From: Oopsacas minuta
Taxonomy: Eukaryota; Animalia; Porifera
DNA length: 64,000 nucleotides
NCBI GenBank assembly: GCA_024704765.1
Contig: JAKMXF010000300.1
Coordinates: forward strand, 457,019-521,018
Reading direction: 5' to 3'
Below are positions 45,801-58,285 of this stretch, piece by piece (position 1 is the first letter of the stretch; each line of letters starts with the position of its first letter). Both the position numbers and the translations under genes were made by a program. A model generated the notes under the pieces. The model saw only the letters and a program-made list of their open reading frames with translations, did no database searches and was not told the DNA's origin.

Positions 45801-48800
45801 AGTACTTACTTGTATAGCTTTTTGTCCATCATATCCAATCCATAGCTTTAGTTCTGTATGGAAGCTGAATGTTGAATGACCTCCTAATCCATCTGACGTA
45901 AGGACAGAAGAGAGATAGAAATGTGTTGTATAACAATTGTTTCTCTTCTTCGTTATTACCAAGTCTGATAAATTTATATAGTTCCCCAGAAAACAAGCAT
46001 GTTGTAGTTCAGATTCTGCTCTGAAATCTAAGATAAGAACATTAGGAGAAGATAGTAGCTGCTGTCTGAATTGGAGCGTAAGGGAGAGAGCTTTACTGAA
46101 GAGAAGAGGATGATCTTCTCGACCGAATTTCTTAGTTATTGCAAGTTTCATAATATTTTCACACAGCAAAGGCATAGAGACAGGAAGTACAGTCAAACTA
46201 CCTTGATCATGTTTTAAGATAAAGTTATTCATCAATCGATAGTTTCCCAATTTAAGAGTGTTATCAATTAGCTTAACCATATCGGGTAACATTTCGCCAA
46301 TAGACTGGTACTTGTCTGTGGAAACGAAGCCGTGCTTTTTCGCGAGATATATAGCATCTGATGAGAGTGCATAAGACCGCGAGTAATAATATAAAGCGAA
46401 TAGACTCTTGAGTGCACAGAGAACACAACTAAATCCCACACAAGTATGTCCTGGTGCTAGTAATACGGAGTGTCGGAAGAATGGAATATGCCAGAGCATT
46501 GTTACTGCAGAACTAAACAAGTGAAATGACTGCTCTAGCTCGTTAGCAGATAGTTGTGCCGTAGGAATATCTAGCTGGAAGTCCGTATCGTTAGTAGAGG
46601 TCTGTTCTGGTGTAAGTATGTAAATGGTAGGAGATGGAGACCTGTCGGGAGGGGGAGGAAATGTTAGGAGCGGAGAATCCTCTCTGCCATGAGCAATAAT
46701 ACTCTGAAAAGAAGGTTGGTAAATCTCTGGAGGAGGATTCATGTTTGTTAGACTAGTCGTAGGTGCTAATTCATCGTTAAGGAATTCAAAGAAATTATCT
46801 TCTGGCTGTGTGAAGCTGAAGTCTATCAGATGTGAGGTGGGGGAGGTAATGAACGGAACCTCCTCCTGGTTGTCATGCTGCTGTCCTATGGAATGTGAAG
46901 CTACAGAGGAAAGAGTAGCAGGATGGGAATGTGCTGTCACTGACAGAGTAGGTACATATTCAGAGTATTGACCCATTATGTTAGAATTAGAATAGAAACA
47001 AAATACAGGAGACAATGGAGAAGAATGGAAAGATTCACAGAGCTCTGCCCAAGTAAATTCCTGTCCTTCAGAGAGTGAATTAATCTCAAGAAGTAGCCAA
47101 CGATTCCTTGGAGCAAGAAATACAGCAGAAGTATAAGTGTTATCTTTCGTTTTGAGAATTATACCAGTTAGATAGTAGCTAACATGATGGACGTAGCATT
47201 TGGGATTAACAGTACCCAGATAGCCTAGCCTCAGTAGAGAGGGGAGAAATGATATAGTATCTCCGTTTGAGTTATCTTCTCCCACATATAGCGACAGGAG
47301 ATTGGTAGCATTCTGAATCTGCTTCTTACCTATGCTAGAGGCTGGTTTGAGAGCAATCTTACACTTCTTTGGATTGAGTTTAGAGAATTGAGGGATATGA
47401 GCTACTTGAGACATGTAACCAGGGAGAGATAATATCACGGAAGCAATCGCTTCCTCTCCACTGCGGTCAACAACTGACAAATACAATTTGCTTCTCAGTG
47501 CAGGATTCCGCTGCACTAGTTTAGACAGCAGCTCCTGGTATATGTCGAGTGGACTATCCCCTCCTACGTCACTCAAGTTCTGCTCTGCGAATATTATGAC
47601 AGAGTGCTGTCTAGACGAGAAAGTGCGGAAAGTAGTCAGGATAAGATTCCGCAGCTCTCTTATCGCAGGGCAAGAGTCATTGGATAGTGATTGGACTGAT
47701 GCAGTGAATCCTTGGTTCAGTAGCAGAGTACTGAGTAGCTGTACTGGTAGGTTACGTGATATGTCAGTGGTAGAGACGGAGGGATGAGGAGTTAGAGTGT
47801 GATACCTAACCTTGTGCAGAGAAGATGATTGAGAGTGAGAAGATTCAGAATTAGCATATTGAGGCTTATTGTAACGAGGTAAGGAAGTTTGTGTGGAATG
47901 AGAGATAGTTGTAGCTAGCTCTTGTGGTAAAGAGAATATAGGTCGAGACTGAGGTGAAGTGTAAAGTAAAGCGATTGGGAATATTGAGTGGCGAGTGACA
48001 TATGAAATCAATTCTTGCCAGTGAATCAAATTGTTATCGTTGTGTGCATTAGGATCAAAAGAGTACCAGAGTCTTCTATTCTCTGAGTAGGAATATGAAA
48101 TGAGAGATCCAGAGTCAGATCGAGCGATTATGCCGGTCAAATAGAACGGTTTATGTTTGGAATGCTTTCTATCAAGAGAGGAACAGAGGTCTCCCAATCT
48201 CAATAGGGTCGGTATACAATTCCAAAGTCTAAAAGCCAAATCTAAATCTACTTCAATATCGTAATTAACTGCTACATAGAACTGGTCTGGAGAATTAATG
48301 ATCTTTCCAAATGAATCCTGGAATAAGTTCTTAAGACAAGCTCGCATAACCTTGTGATTGTATGTAACAGGTATTTTCTGGTTGAGAGATTTTTCCATTG
48401 CTACGAGCCATTCACTAATCTTTGTTCCTACAAAATAAACATCTTCCACATTTGCAGACTTGTTATTAGCTCGGATTTGCAAAGAGTAATGATCCTTGAA
48501 TGCTTCGCTGTATGGTTGGAAGCTCCAGTGCAGTTGGTGGAACAACCGGTGTCCGGTATCAAAGTCAGAGCTGCCCAACATAGAGGGCATACATGTGTCG
48601 AGGTATTCAATGATGTCTGCTTTGATAATTTCGTTAGCAGAAGCTGCACGTTTGAACAAGACGCTCAGAGCTTGGATTATCTGGTGCTTTTTAATTGGCA
48701 GTCGTGAAAAATTTAGGACCGACTGTGAGTAGGAAGGAAAGTTAATCATTTGTAGCAAGATGTGTACTGCAATGCTTGACTCAAACGGATCTCCATGGGG

Positions 48801-51800
48801 ATGGAGTTCTCTCGGACGAAGTACAGGAGTTGAATTAGATTGTAAATTCAAACGCGGTCGAGGCTGAGGCTCATCTTCTAGCTTGGGAGGTGAATGCTTG
48901 AGCTCAAGCTCCTGTATAACACTCTCAAACAGACCGAGATTCTTACCTTCTTGTGACTGGTTGGAAACAAACGGTGGTTCTGGTTTTCGGGGCTGACTAG
49001 AATAAACTATCTGTTCATAAACAGGAGAATTAGAAAATAACTCATTCAGATGATCAGTATAACTCCCTTCTCTGTAAGTAGCTAGTCTGCTTGGTTTTGG
49101 AGTTTCTAATATCTCACTGAGACGAGGAGAGGAAGGCGGGTATTCTCTGGTTGTCTGTTCCACGCGAGGCAAACGAATCTTATCTTTTTTCTTAAAATAT
49201 GTCTTAGGATTCAATTTGTTAAGAAGAGTTACAGAATTTCCTTTCTTATTTTTGTTCTTAACTTTAGCTCCGTCGATATGCGTCCTAGGTATATCTGATT
49301 TAGAAGTTGCGGACTGCACTGGCTGCACATGAGACTTAGTTGTGACTGCAGACAGATCAGACACGCTAGAGAAATCACTCGATTCGAAAGCAGGTCTGGG
49401 TCCTGACTTCATTGAGACATCTGTACTCTCTTTGGAGGGAGGTTGTCTATATGGGAGAGGAGGTTTCGTACCTCTACTCACCGTCTCTGAGGAGGAGTCT
49501 GACTGCTGAACCTGGTATCTATTTGTTGGAGAGGTTATCTTGTCTGGCAGACTCAAAGATTGGTTTGCTCTTCTCTTCTTGTTTAGGTTAATGTCTTCAA
49601 TCGTTACGTATTGCGGTAAATTAGTGTTCTCGTTAGTGTCTGCACTTCTAGTACCGTTTGGATAGAGATGAGGGTTAGAGGGTTGATCTGGAGCACTCAT
49701 TGTGCGGATAACCTCACTGACTGGGAATACAAGAGCTGGGTCTTTATAGTGGTGAGTAATGTCAAGAGGATTTGTGTATACTAGAGAGATAGGGATAGCA
49801 TCCAGACCTTTAAGCTCCTCAACTACATGAGGCCAAGCTCCCACCTCTTTATATCCCATTCCGTCTACAGATACCCACGTCTCTACTGTACTATGATAGT
49901 AAATATGCACCACTCTATCTCTGCTTATTTCAGCCATAACGCCAGTTAGATAGAGGAGGCTACAGGCTCTAGCGTTAGGTCCGATGTCCTTAAAGAGTCT
50001 GTCAATACGAAGAGAAGTAGGAATGGAAGCTAGAAGCATATTTTTATCAGTCAAAGCTACTTCGTAGTCCAAAGCTAAGCACAAAATTCTTGGCGCTGTC
50101 ACCAGAAGAGAGTTAGACAAGTAAGTTCTGTTACAAGATTGACTCTTACAATCACGTTTGTTCATAAGAACAAGAGTATCACGAATTGCTTTGTGTGCGA
50201 GTTTACCTGGCACGTTATTAATGTTACCGTACTTATTACAAGCTTTGCTAGCGTGTGGCAGATATAACTTTATATTAAGGTGTAATAGGTTACGTTGTAT
50301 TTCTATAGGCTCATACGTAGCACCACATCTACACTTTCCGGATTCTTGTAGTGTAATTGTAAAAATGTTTTGTATAAGACGGCTTTTACCAATAGGATCA
50401 TGTCCCTGGAAGTTTATTGAATTCCTCAATTCATCCTTCATAAGTGTCAAAATAGTATCAAATACTTCTGTGCCACTTCCTATGAGTTGAGAGTTCTTGA
50501 GTAATCGGGAAGTTAAGGTCTATTGGGATAATATATCAAATAAGTTATTGTGTATTAATTATATTAATAGTAACTAACCTGGAATAGAGGAAGCATTGGT
50601 GTGAGTTCATTAGAGTGATTACAAGCAGCAAATACTTCTTTAATTCGGATGATTAAAGGAAGGAAATCAGGCGTTTTCAATATCATTTCCTGGTGAAGGA
50701 GAGTCTCTCTGAACAGATCAATACTCCACAGGACGACAAGAGAAGTAAAGAATGGATGATAGCTAGCTCTAGTCTCTATCCTGAACGGACTGGTACTGCT
50801 ACAGGGACGTGATGAAGCAGGGATTAACTTTCTGAATCCACCATTCTCCTCACAATTATCAACACGTCTTTGCAGAGAGCTCTCATAGTTTGAACTTAAG
50901 CTGATAATGTCCAGCTTGTCTAAGCTACCCAGATTAACCAACTTACTGAGATTATCTATACTGGCTGAATTAGGGAGTACTATCTTGATAGGACTACCAG
51001 CAACACACTGCAGCTCTACTTCCTTCACTGTGTCTTGTACCAAGCTCTTTTGAGAAGACGGAGACTTAGGATTTTCAAGTTGATTGCGATCTAATAACTC
51101 CTTCAAAATTGGCACTGCGATTTCATTCAAATGATTGTTACACTTGGTATGTGAAATCTCTGGTAGTCCTCTTTGAAGATCAGTCGCATCCAACAGATTA
51201 GCAGCAGGATTAGTATAGATTAGAAGATCTGGACGACAGTGGTTAGACTGCAGAAAATACAGAACATCTTGCCAGATATATCCGATCACCTGGAAATTCG
51301 CTCCGTCGTAAAATATCCAAGATTTGATATCATTCGTGTAGAACAGGATTAGTTGAATTTGGTTGATGGACACAATCATACCATAGAGATAGTAAATGCG
51401 ATTTGAAACGGTGCGGTTAGCAACAACAGGGAACAGATGTTTAAACAAGAGGGTGGGAGAAATGTGCTCTATCAAATACTCGGTCTCAGTGGAGTTTATT
51501 ACGTCTGGATTCCATTGCATTTGTATAGGAATTATGTCGGGGGAGTTAAGGAGTGTAACATTGGTATTGTCACAAGTGAGAGCTTGACGAATAAGACTGG
51601 AGAAGAGCTTGTCGAAGGACAGAGGAGATCGAGCATTCTCTAGACTCGATTTCAGAAGGACTACCATTCTGTTAGCAGAGATAGGAAGAGAGATTTGTGT
51701 GTAAATTGTTCTAGCCTCATGTTGGAGTTGAATCATCATGCTGTTACGTAGATAGTTAGAAAATGGATTCATTGGGTAGCTGGAGAGAACATGGGACAAA

Positions 51801-54800
51801 AATGAAATGTAAAGATCTGTAGAAGTCTGTCCATTTAGGTTAAAAAGGAAACCAAAGTGGTGACAAGCTATTGGAATAAACTTAGAAGATATTAAATGAG
51901 GAGCGAATATGATGACATGGAAAAGCTGTTTCAATGCAAGGTATGGAGTATTTTCTAGGATGTCATCATGAATCTGTAAGAGAGATAATCTGAATAAGTT
52001 AATCTGGAGAAGAGAAAATACGACAACTGACAGACGTTCTGCGTAATCCATTATGTCTGTAATTGGAGGAGAGTCTTGAGTATTGACTAGCTCGGCTGTT
52101 TCCTACACATAACAAAATATAAAGTGTTTACTGTGGATACAAATAATATATATTTTGTCAATCGTCACTTGAGTAACAAAACTAAGATACACATTTTTCA
52201 TAGGAATAATTAAGTAATCAATTCTCCTGATGTACAGATTAATTACCACACATAAATTAGTAGGACAAGCGCATAATGGCCATTTAACTGTACAACAATG
52301 TTATGAGATGAATAATGAATAGTAAGTATAAGATTTCATTTACCTCCATGCAGATAAGAAATATTCAATTCAGCTCAATAAGGTAATAGGAATTAAGGAA
52401 TCTCTTAAAGTTCTTGTGAATTTGTGTATAATTGAATTGATTGAGGAAATTTAAAATAGTTTACATTGTGACTATAGTCAAATAGAAATGTCCCTAAAAG
52501 ATAAGTCTAGTCTTCTCTGTATCGTAACAGGAGGTAGTAAGGGGTTTGGAAGAGCGATTAGCTTGGAAGTATGCAAAGAGTGGGGTGTAAACCGCCGAAT
52601 ACAAAAGATCGTTTTGGTACTGGTGGCACGGGACAAGATGACATTAGAAAATACGGCAGCTGAATGCAAGTCTATCTATAATGACGTCACCCTTTACTTG
52701 CTCAGTCATGACTTGAGTGATCACGATTCAATATTAACTCTCATAGAAGAGCTTAACGCCTTATTTTGCCATGGCAAAGAGCAGTTTACTGAAGTGATGC
52801 TATTTGCTAATGCTGGAAGAGTTGGAGATGTTTCAAAGCCGATTTCATCTCATTTTGATCCCAAAATATTACAGAAATACTTTAACCTAATGCTCACTTC
52901 AAATATTCTAATATCTTCATGGTTCACTTCAGAGTTGAAATCTGTAAAAAAGACTATAATCTTCGTATCTTCCTTGTTAGCTATACAGCCTTATGCTGGT
53001 TTCTCCTTGTATTCTGCGGGTAAGGCAGGGGGACATATGCTTTTCAGATGCATGGCAGAAGAGAACCCAGAAGTTAGAGTGCTGGTGTATAGTCCTGGCC
53101 CATTGCAAACTGATATGACGGATGACGTACTAAAGAATATGTGTTTCAAGAAGACACAAGAAAGGTTCACTCAAATGAAATTCCTGAAACCAGAATTTTC
53201 CGTCTCAATACTATTCGGTATACTCAAAGATGATAAATACAAATCAGGAGAGTATATTGATATTTATGACATCATCAAACAAGAATAACTATTCGATATC
53301 TTATTAGATTAGACAGATAATATAGTAGATTCGTCGCATATTAAACTATTACATTACCTAAAATATTGTTGTCGAATAAAGTGGTTATTGTAATTAAATG
53401 ATGTATTTTAACATACCTCAAAGCTGATAGGGCTAAATATGCTGGTGCTAAATGGATGGTCACTAAGTGAAGATAGTAGCGGTGAATGGCTAGAAGCTTG
53501 AACATCGTTATCACTAATCACAGATAAAATTTCGGAATCTAGAGTTCCGCTCCGTTCGAGAGAGCTAGACTTGACAGAGACGACAGGATTCCTGTGAACA
53601 GAAACGGGGGATGGAGTGAGATTCATTTCTTCGTATTTAATTGTAGCGTCTAAAAAGCTAAGCGCTTCATCAACTCCTTGCTGAACAGAGAAAGGAGAGA
53701 CTCTATTTCGCTCGCTAGAAATAACCACAAAGTCTTCGTGAAATAGAGGTTTGCTTGGAGTAAGTGTATTGTATTGGGAAGGATGTTTGGGAGCTGTAGC
53801 TAGGGGGCTAGTGCTCTCCTGTGAGTGAGGATTCACAGATGGATTAGAATATAGTAGGAATATTGGAGCATAAGTATTTGTCGAAGCCTTACAAGAGTGC
53901 CAAACGAGAGAGAGCTGTGGCCCTAACTGACTCACTGCTAAGGTTCTACCACTGAAATGTGTCCAAGAACGGTACTTCTGATGGTAAAACCAAGTCTCAC
54001 TGGAAGAGGGGCCTTGAGTTACAATCCCGACGAGATAGTACATCCGTTTAGCTATGTACTTATTATGTGTATGATGGAATAGGTCTGCTGGCTGAATAGC
54101 AGTACTTATGAGTTCGTAGAACTCAGTCACTTCATCTCTACTTGGTTCTCCATCCCAGGTCAAAGATAAACAAATAATTTCTGGATCGTTAAGAAGAGAG
54201 AAGGTCCTTTTATTGTTACCGACTGACTGCTCGAGAAGAGAGCGTGTTGCTTGAGTAAATAGTTGCATTACTCTGATAGAGCCTGCTGCAGTGGATGTTT
54301 CTTTGTTAAGACTTCTAATACTTCGGATCAATTCAGGGGCTGAAAGCTCGAGCAAGAAGAGATCATTATTTTCAGAGTTTCTTCCTCTCTCTGAAATTTC
54401 TAAACGTAGAGACAGTTTCTGGTGAGCAATACAGAGAGAACTACAACACATCTCTGAGATGTTATAGTCACCTGTAAAATAATTTTCTGTACACAAACAG
54501 TTATGCAGTCGAGTAAGCACATCTTGGAAGAAGGATTGTGGTCCTTGTCCCATTCGTTGTAACAGAGACTTATGAGAGAGGATTGTGTTCAATGCTTCGG
54601 GAGTCAGGTTTGGATCTGTGGAGTATTGAACGGTTTTCAGAGCACAAACAATACAAGATTCTCCCTCACACTGGTGTTTTGTTATTCCAGTTATAATATT
54701 TCTAAACACATCCAACTGCCAGAGAAGAAGCAAGGCTGGTGGAGTAGTTAAGTTATCTTCAGTAGCAGGTATGTCGGAGGTGGGAGAGATCAAGTCAATC

Positions 54801-57559
54801 AAAGCTCTCTTCTCTCCATCAGCTCCTTCAACTATTCTAAAAGTACCAAGCTCTTCGTGAATAACCAGACTGGAGTCAAGCTCATTGTCTGAATCTTGGC
54901 CTGCAGAATGTAACTTGTCAAATAAAATCTTACCAGAATTGGTAGCTGGATAAGAAATTCTCTCGCCAGCCCTCCACTGAAACAACTCAGCATCACTACT
55001 GTACATTGACTCTGGGCTTCCGTGAACATTATTACATGAAGAAACACTGTCTGGAGTCCGAGGGAATAGAAATTCCCTTCCAATCTTTTCACCTTCCGCT
55101 CCAGGCGACAGAACACTCTCAGTCAGTGCGGAATCTGTTTGTAGCTGAGAAAAGAGAGGGTCAATATACACCAGTAAGATAGCTTGGTATGGGATGGAAT
55201 GAAGCGCATTATTCACACTACCCCACTTGTCTCCTAATGTGGTTATCTTAGCATCATCTAAGCAGTACCATGCATGGAGAGTGGAGTGGTTAAAAAAGAA
55301 AGCATATTTTGGATCGTTTCTAGCTACAATGGCTGTCAAGTAAAAGGGACGGAACTTCAGGAACGGCTGAGTATGGTCAAATATATCGTCTAAGTAGAGG
55401 GATGTCCCGATTGAGTTGATTACGTCATGCAGGCATTGAGAGGTAATGGGGAGTCCGTCCCAATTGAGAGAAATGGTAAACACATCAGGCTTGTTGGTAA
55501 GAGTGCGTTGAATTCTTAACGGAGCTTTACAATTGGGATTAGGACAAGGCTGAGTGTCTTGCAGAGATCCGATAAGCTTCAGGATAGTTTCAAACTCTCT
55601 TGAATTAGACCGACTAGATTTGGAAGAGTTTGAAATCTTTCTTGATTCTTCAATCAAAGATTGTGCAGAAATAGAGTAGACTAACTCAAGGGAGTGAGAC
55701 AGTTCCAAACTATGTCCACACTGACAATTTCCATGGAGAATGAAATTGGATGAAAACTTCTGATGAGTCAAACAATGTGGAGCGCTGCATGACGTCACTT
55801 CTCCACTGCCTGTCAGGTTGTAATGAATTCTAACTAGCAACTCTTCGTACGTCTTATGAATCCCATCGAAAGATAGACCGAGATTATAACCTTCCTGCTT
55901 TTCGAAACAAATAGCCATGACCCGTCGCAATAGCTCCGGAGGAACGACCGGAATATCTTTGTAGTCAAATCTATCCAGAATAAGTTGGTACACACAGAAC
56001 ACGCACGTTTTGAGTGTACATACGTGGCCTTGCACTCGCTGGAGAGATTTCCTGAAAACTTCCAGCTCCCAGAGAAGGGCAAATGGGGTAGGGATTGAGG
56101 GTACATGTTTCTGACAAGTTTTGCGCTTGCTTGGTGCCCTTAATGGGGCAGGGTTTGGAGACAAGCTAAGAGAATCAGAACATGATGACATCACTTCCCC
56201 TTCGTTAGGATAAATTGTACGTTTCTCTGTGTAAGGCGAATGTACATATACTTTAGTCGGTTGAAAATTTTCGTGTTGATCCTTGAAGCTTCCATCTGAT
56301 CGCAGGATTGAAGGGGAGCTATTATTTAAATTAATTATTCCGGCGTGAGGCTCGCTAGCAGCCAAGCCAAAATCTAAGTAGCCGTAAGAGTGAGTGTCGT
56401 CTGTTAGGGCTGTGTGATTCTGTAGAGAGTCAGTTATGTGCTGCAGATAGCTAGAATTGCCTTCCTTCCAGTGAGATGTATTCTGCTCCTCGTCCCTCCA
56501 AGCATTCGACAAATGAGATCTAGACTCCTCAGAAGAACTAGACAGCTGGGGCTGTGAAAGTACAAGCACCGAACTACGGGGAAGTATATAATCTGGATCA
56601 GAATACAGCAGGAGGATAGGAAGATAGAGATTTTGTTTCATATAAAAGAGTAGCTGAGGAAAGGTTCCGTCTGCTAGCTTTACAGATTCTAGATCTATCC
56701 TGACCCAGCTAAGGTTAGCGGAGTGGAAAGTGAATAAAACCTCACTGCTCTCAAATAAGCAAAGCATAGCAGTAAGTTCATATCGTTTCTTATCTCCATA
56801 CTGCTGTGAAGATGTTAAGAGATCCTCCAAAGATAAACTGGTTGCTAATGAATTAAGCAAGGTGTCCAGTTTATCACTGACATCAACTTCCCCTCTATCC
56901 CACGCTATCTCAAATGCAAGTAGAGGAGGGGAGTTAATCAGTTGTAGAGAAGGTTTGATTAATCTAGAGCAATTAGTATTATTAGGACAAGATAGTGTAA
57001 GAAGAGAAAGGTTCAATTCTCGTAGGATACGTGTGAAGTATCGGGGATCAATCTGCGTATTTAGCCTCTCAGTTTGCCTCATAGCATTGGCCTGCAAGTA
57101 GAACATTTCTACACTAATGGATAAGAAGTACTTAAGCACAGAATTAGTCTTAGCCTTATAGCCGCACTCGCAAGCTAAAACTTCATCGATCTCTACTCCG
57201 AATAGCTCTTGTCCTAGAGGAGTAGACAGACACGTGTTTAAGGAACTAAGAAGAGAAGAGAGTGCGAGAGATGCAGAATCGAAAGAGACAGCAGAATCTG
57301 ATTGGAGAATAGTCGCAGCTCTCTGTACTATGTTAGGTGGTAGACCTGGGTATTTGTGATGCTGAAAATTGGGAAATATTGATTTTAGTGCACAAAAAAA
57401 ACATGATGTGTATTTACAGTTAGAATGGTGCTTGACAGTCCTAAATCTCTTTCGGAAGGCGTCTGTCTCCCAGAGCAGCTGTATGATAGAGGTGAGAAAA
57501 AGCGCACGAGGGGGATCAGATGAACGTGTATCAGTTTCGGATACATAAGATGTATCCAT
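42885..57559 (-). CDS. Giant USP53/USP54 (echinus)-like protein, ~4,298 aa, eight tandem USP-fold pseudo-DUB domains plus death-like, MIT-like and Cys4 C-terminal modules; exons 57559-53417, 52102-50579, 50519-45810, 45404-42885
   Basis: The four ORFs are joined by three phase-0 GT-AG introns, each checked in frame without stops. Each domain follows the USP53/54 pattern (QLLW.L..FR..H.C....C..CAL ... L.GII ... F..H....W..D ... LLY.NP). Introns 2 and 3 fall inside domains 5 and 8, and splicing completes those domains. Confidence 0.82.
52488..53288 (+). CDS. SPR: Sepiapterin reductase (SDR family), intronless, nested antisense in intron 1 of the giant USP-like gene
   Basis: IVTGGSKGFGR, ANAGRVGDVS, VSSLLAIQP, YSAGK, VLVYSPGPLQTDM. 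Confidence 0.9.
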   Translation: MSLKDKSSLLCIVTGGSKGFGRAISLEVCKEWGVNRRIQKIVLVLVARDKMTLENTAAECKSIYNDVTLYLLSHDLSDHDSILTLIEELNALFCHGKEQFTEVMLFANAGRVGDVSKPISSHFDPKILQKYFNLMLTSNILISSWFTSELKSVKKTIIFVSSLLAIQPYAGFSLYSAGKAGGHMLFRCMAEENPEVRVLVYSPGPLQTDMTDDVLKNMCFKKTQERFTQMKFLKPEFSVSILFGILKDDKYKSGEYIDIYDIIKQE

Positions 57560-58285
57560 TTATATAATAGCTAATGCAGTAGACATAAGGTTTATATAAA
57601 AGGCATCAAATCAACCTGTCAAGTTGATAAAGGGAATATGAATATGAACTTGTAAACAAATTCACACAATTCATATTCAAACGCTAAAAAGAAATGAAAA
57701 GAGATTAGTCATATATAAAGTAATGGTTCATAGAGGAAATAATGAAACTTGTATTACTTAAAGTTAAGCTTGAGGGTAGATTTAACAACAATACTGCCTG
57801 GCATCTTTACAAACATGATAGTTTGGAGACAGACACCAAGTCCCTGAATATCTAAAGATTAGATTAAGTAGTTCATTGCTATGTCTGTATAATAATAATA
57901 ATGAACATCACTAAGTTTACCACTTATATAAGCAATTTAAATTATCTAATTAAGGGAAATGCCTAAGGTAACAAATTGGATGAATAAGAGATTTCGATGG
58001 AAAATGAAGCAAAACATTTGAGATATTACAAACACAGTTGAGTTAGTACACAATTGTAGCAAGTGGGGGATGTGCTACAAGCTAGTAAGTATCTATAAGT
58101 AACGAAAGATTAAATTTATAAAAGTAATATATATCACTAAGTACTACAGCTAACTCGAAGTTACTCATGGTCGCTTAATGCTACGAACTACAGTAAGCTA
58201 GATAATTAGGAGATGAATACTACTAATTCAGTAGTCATCCCTCTTATGTAGCGTAGATCCCAATTGGTGCAGTCAGTCAATTCCG

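Noticed and set aside
42885-57559. Four independent genes, or an active deubiquitinase
   Set aside because: All three junctions have canonical phase-0 splice sites, and two of them complete split USP domains. No repeat retains the catalytic Cys.
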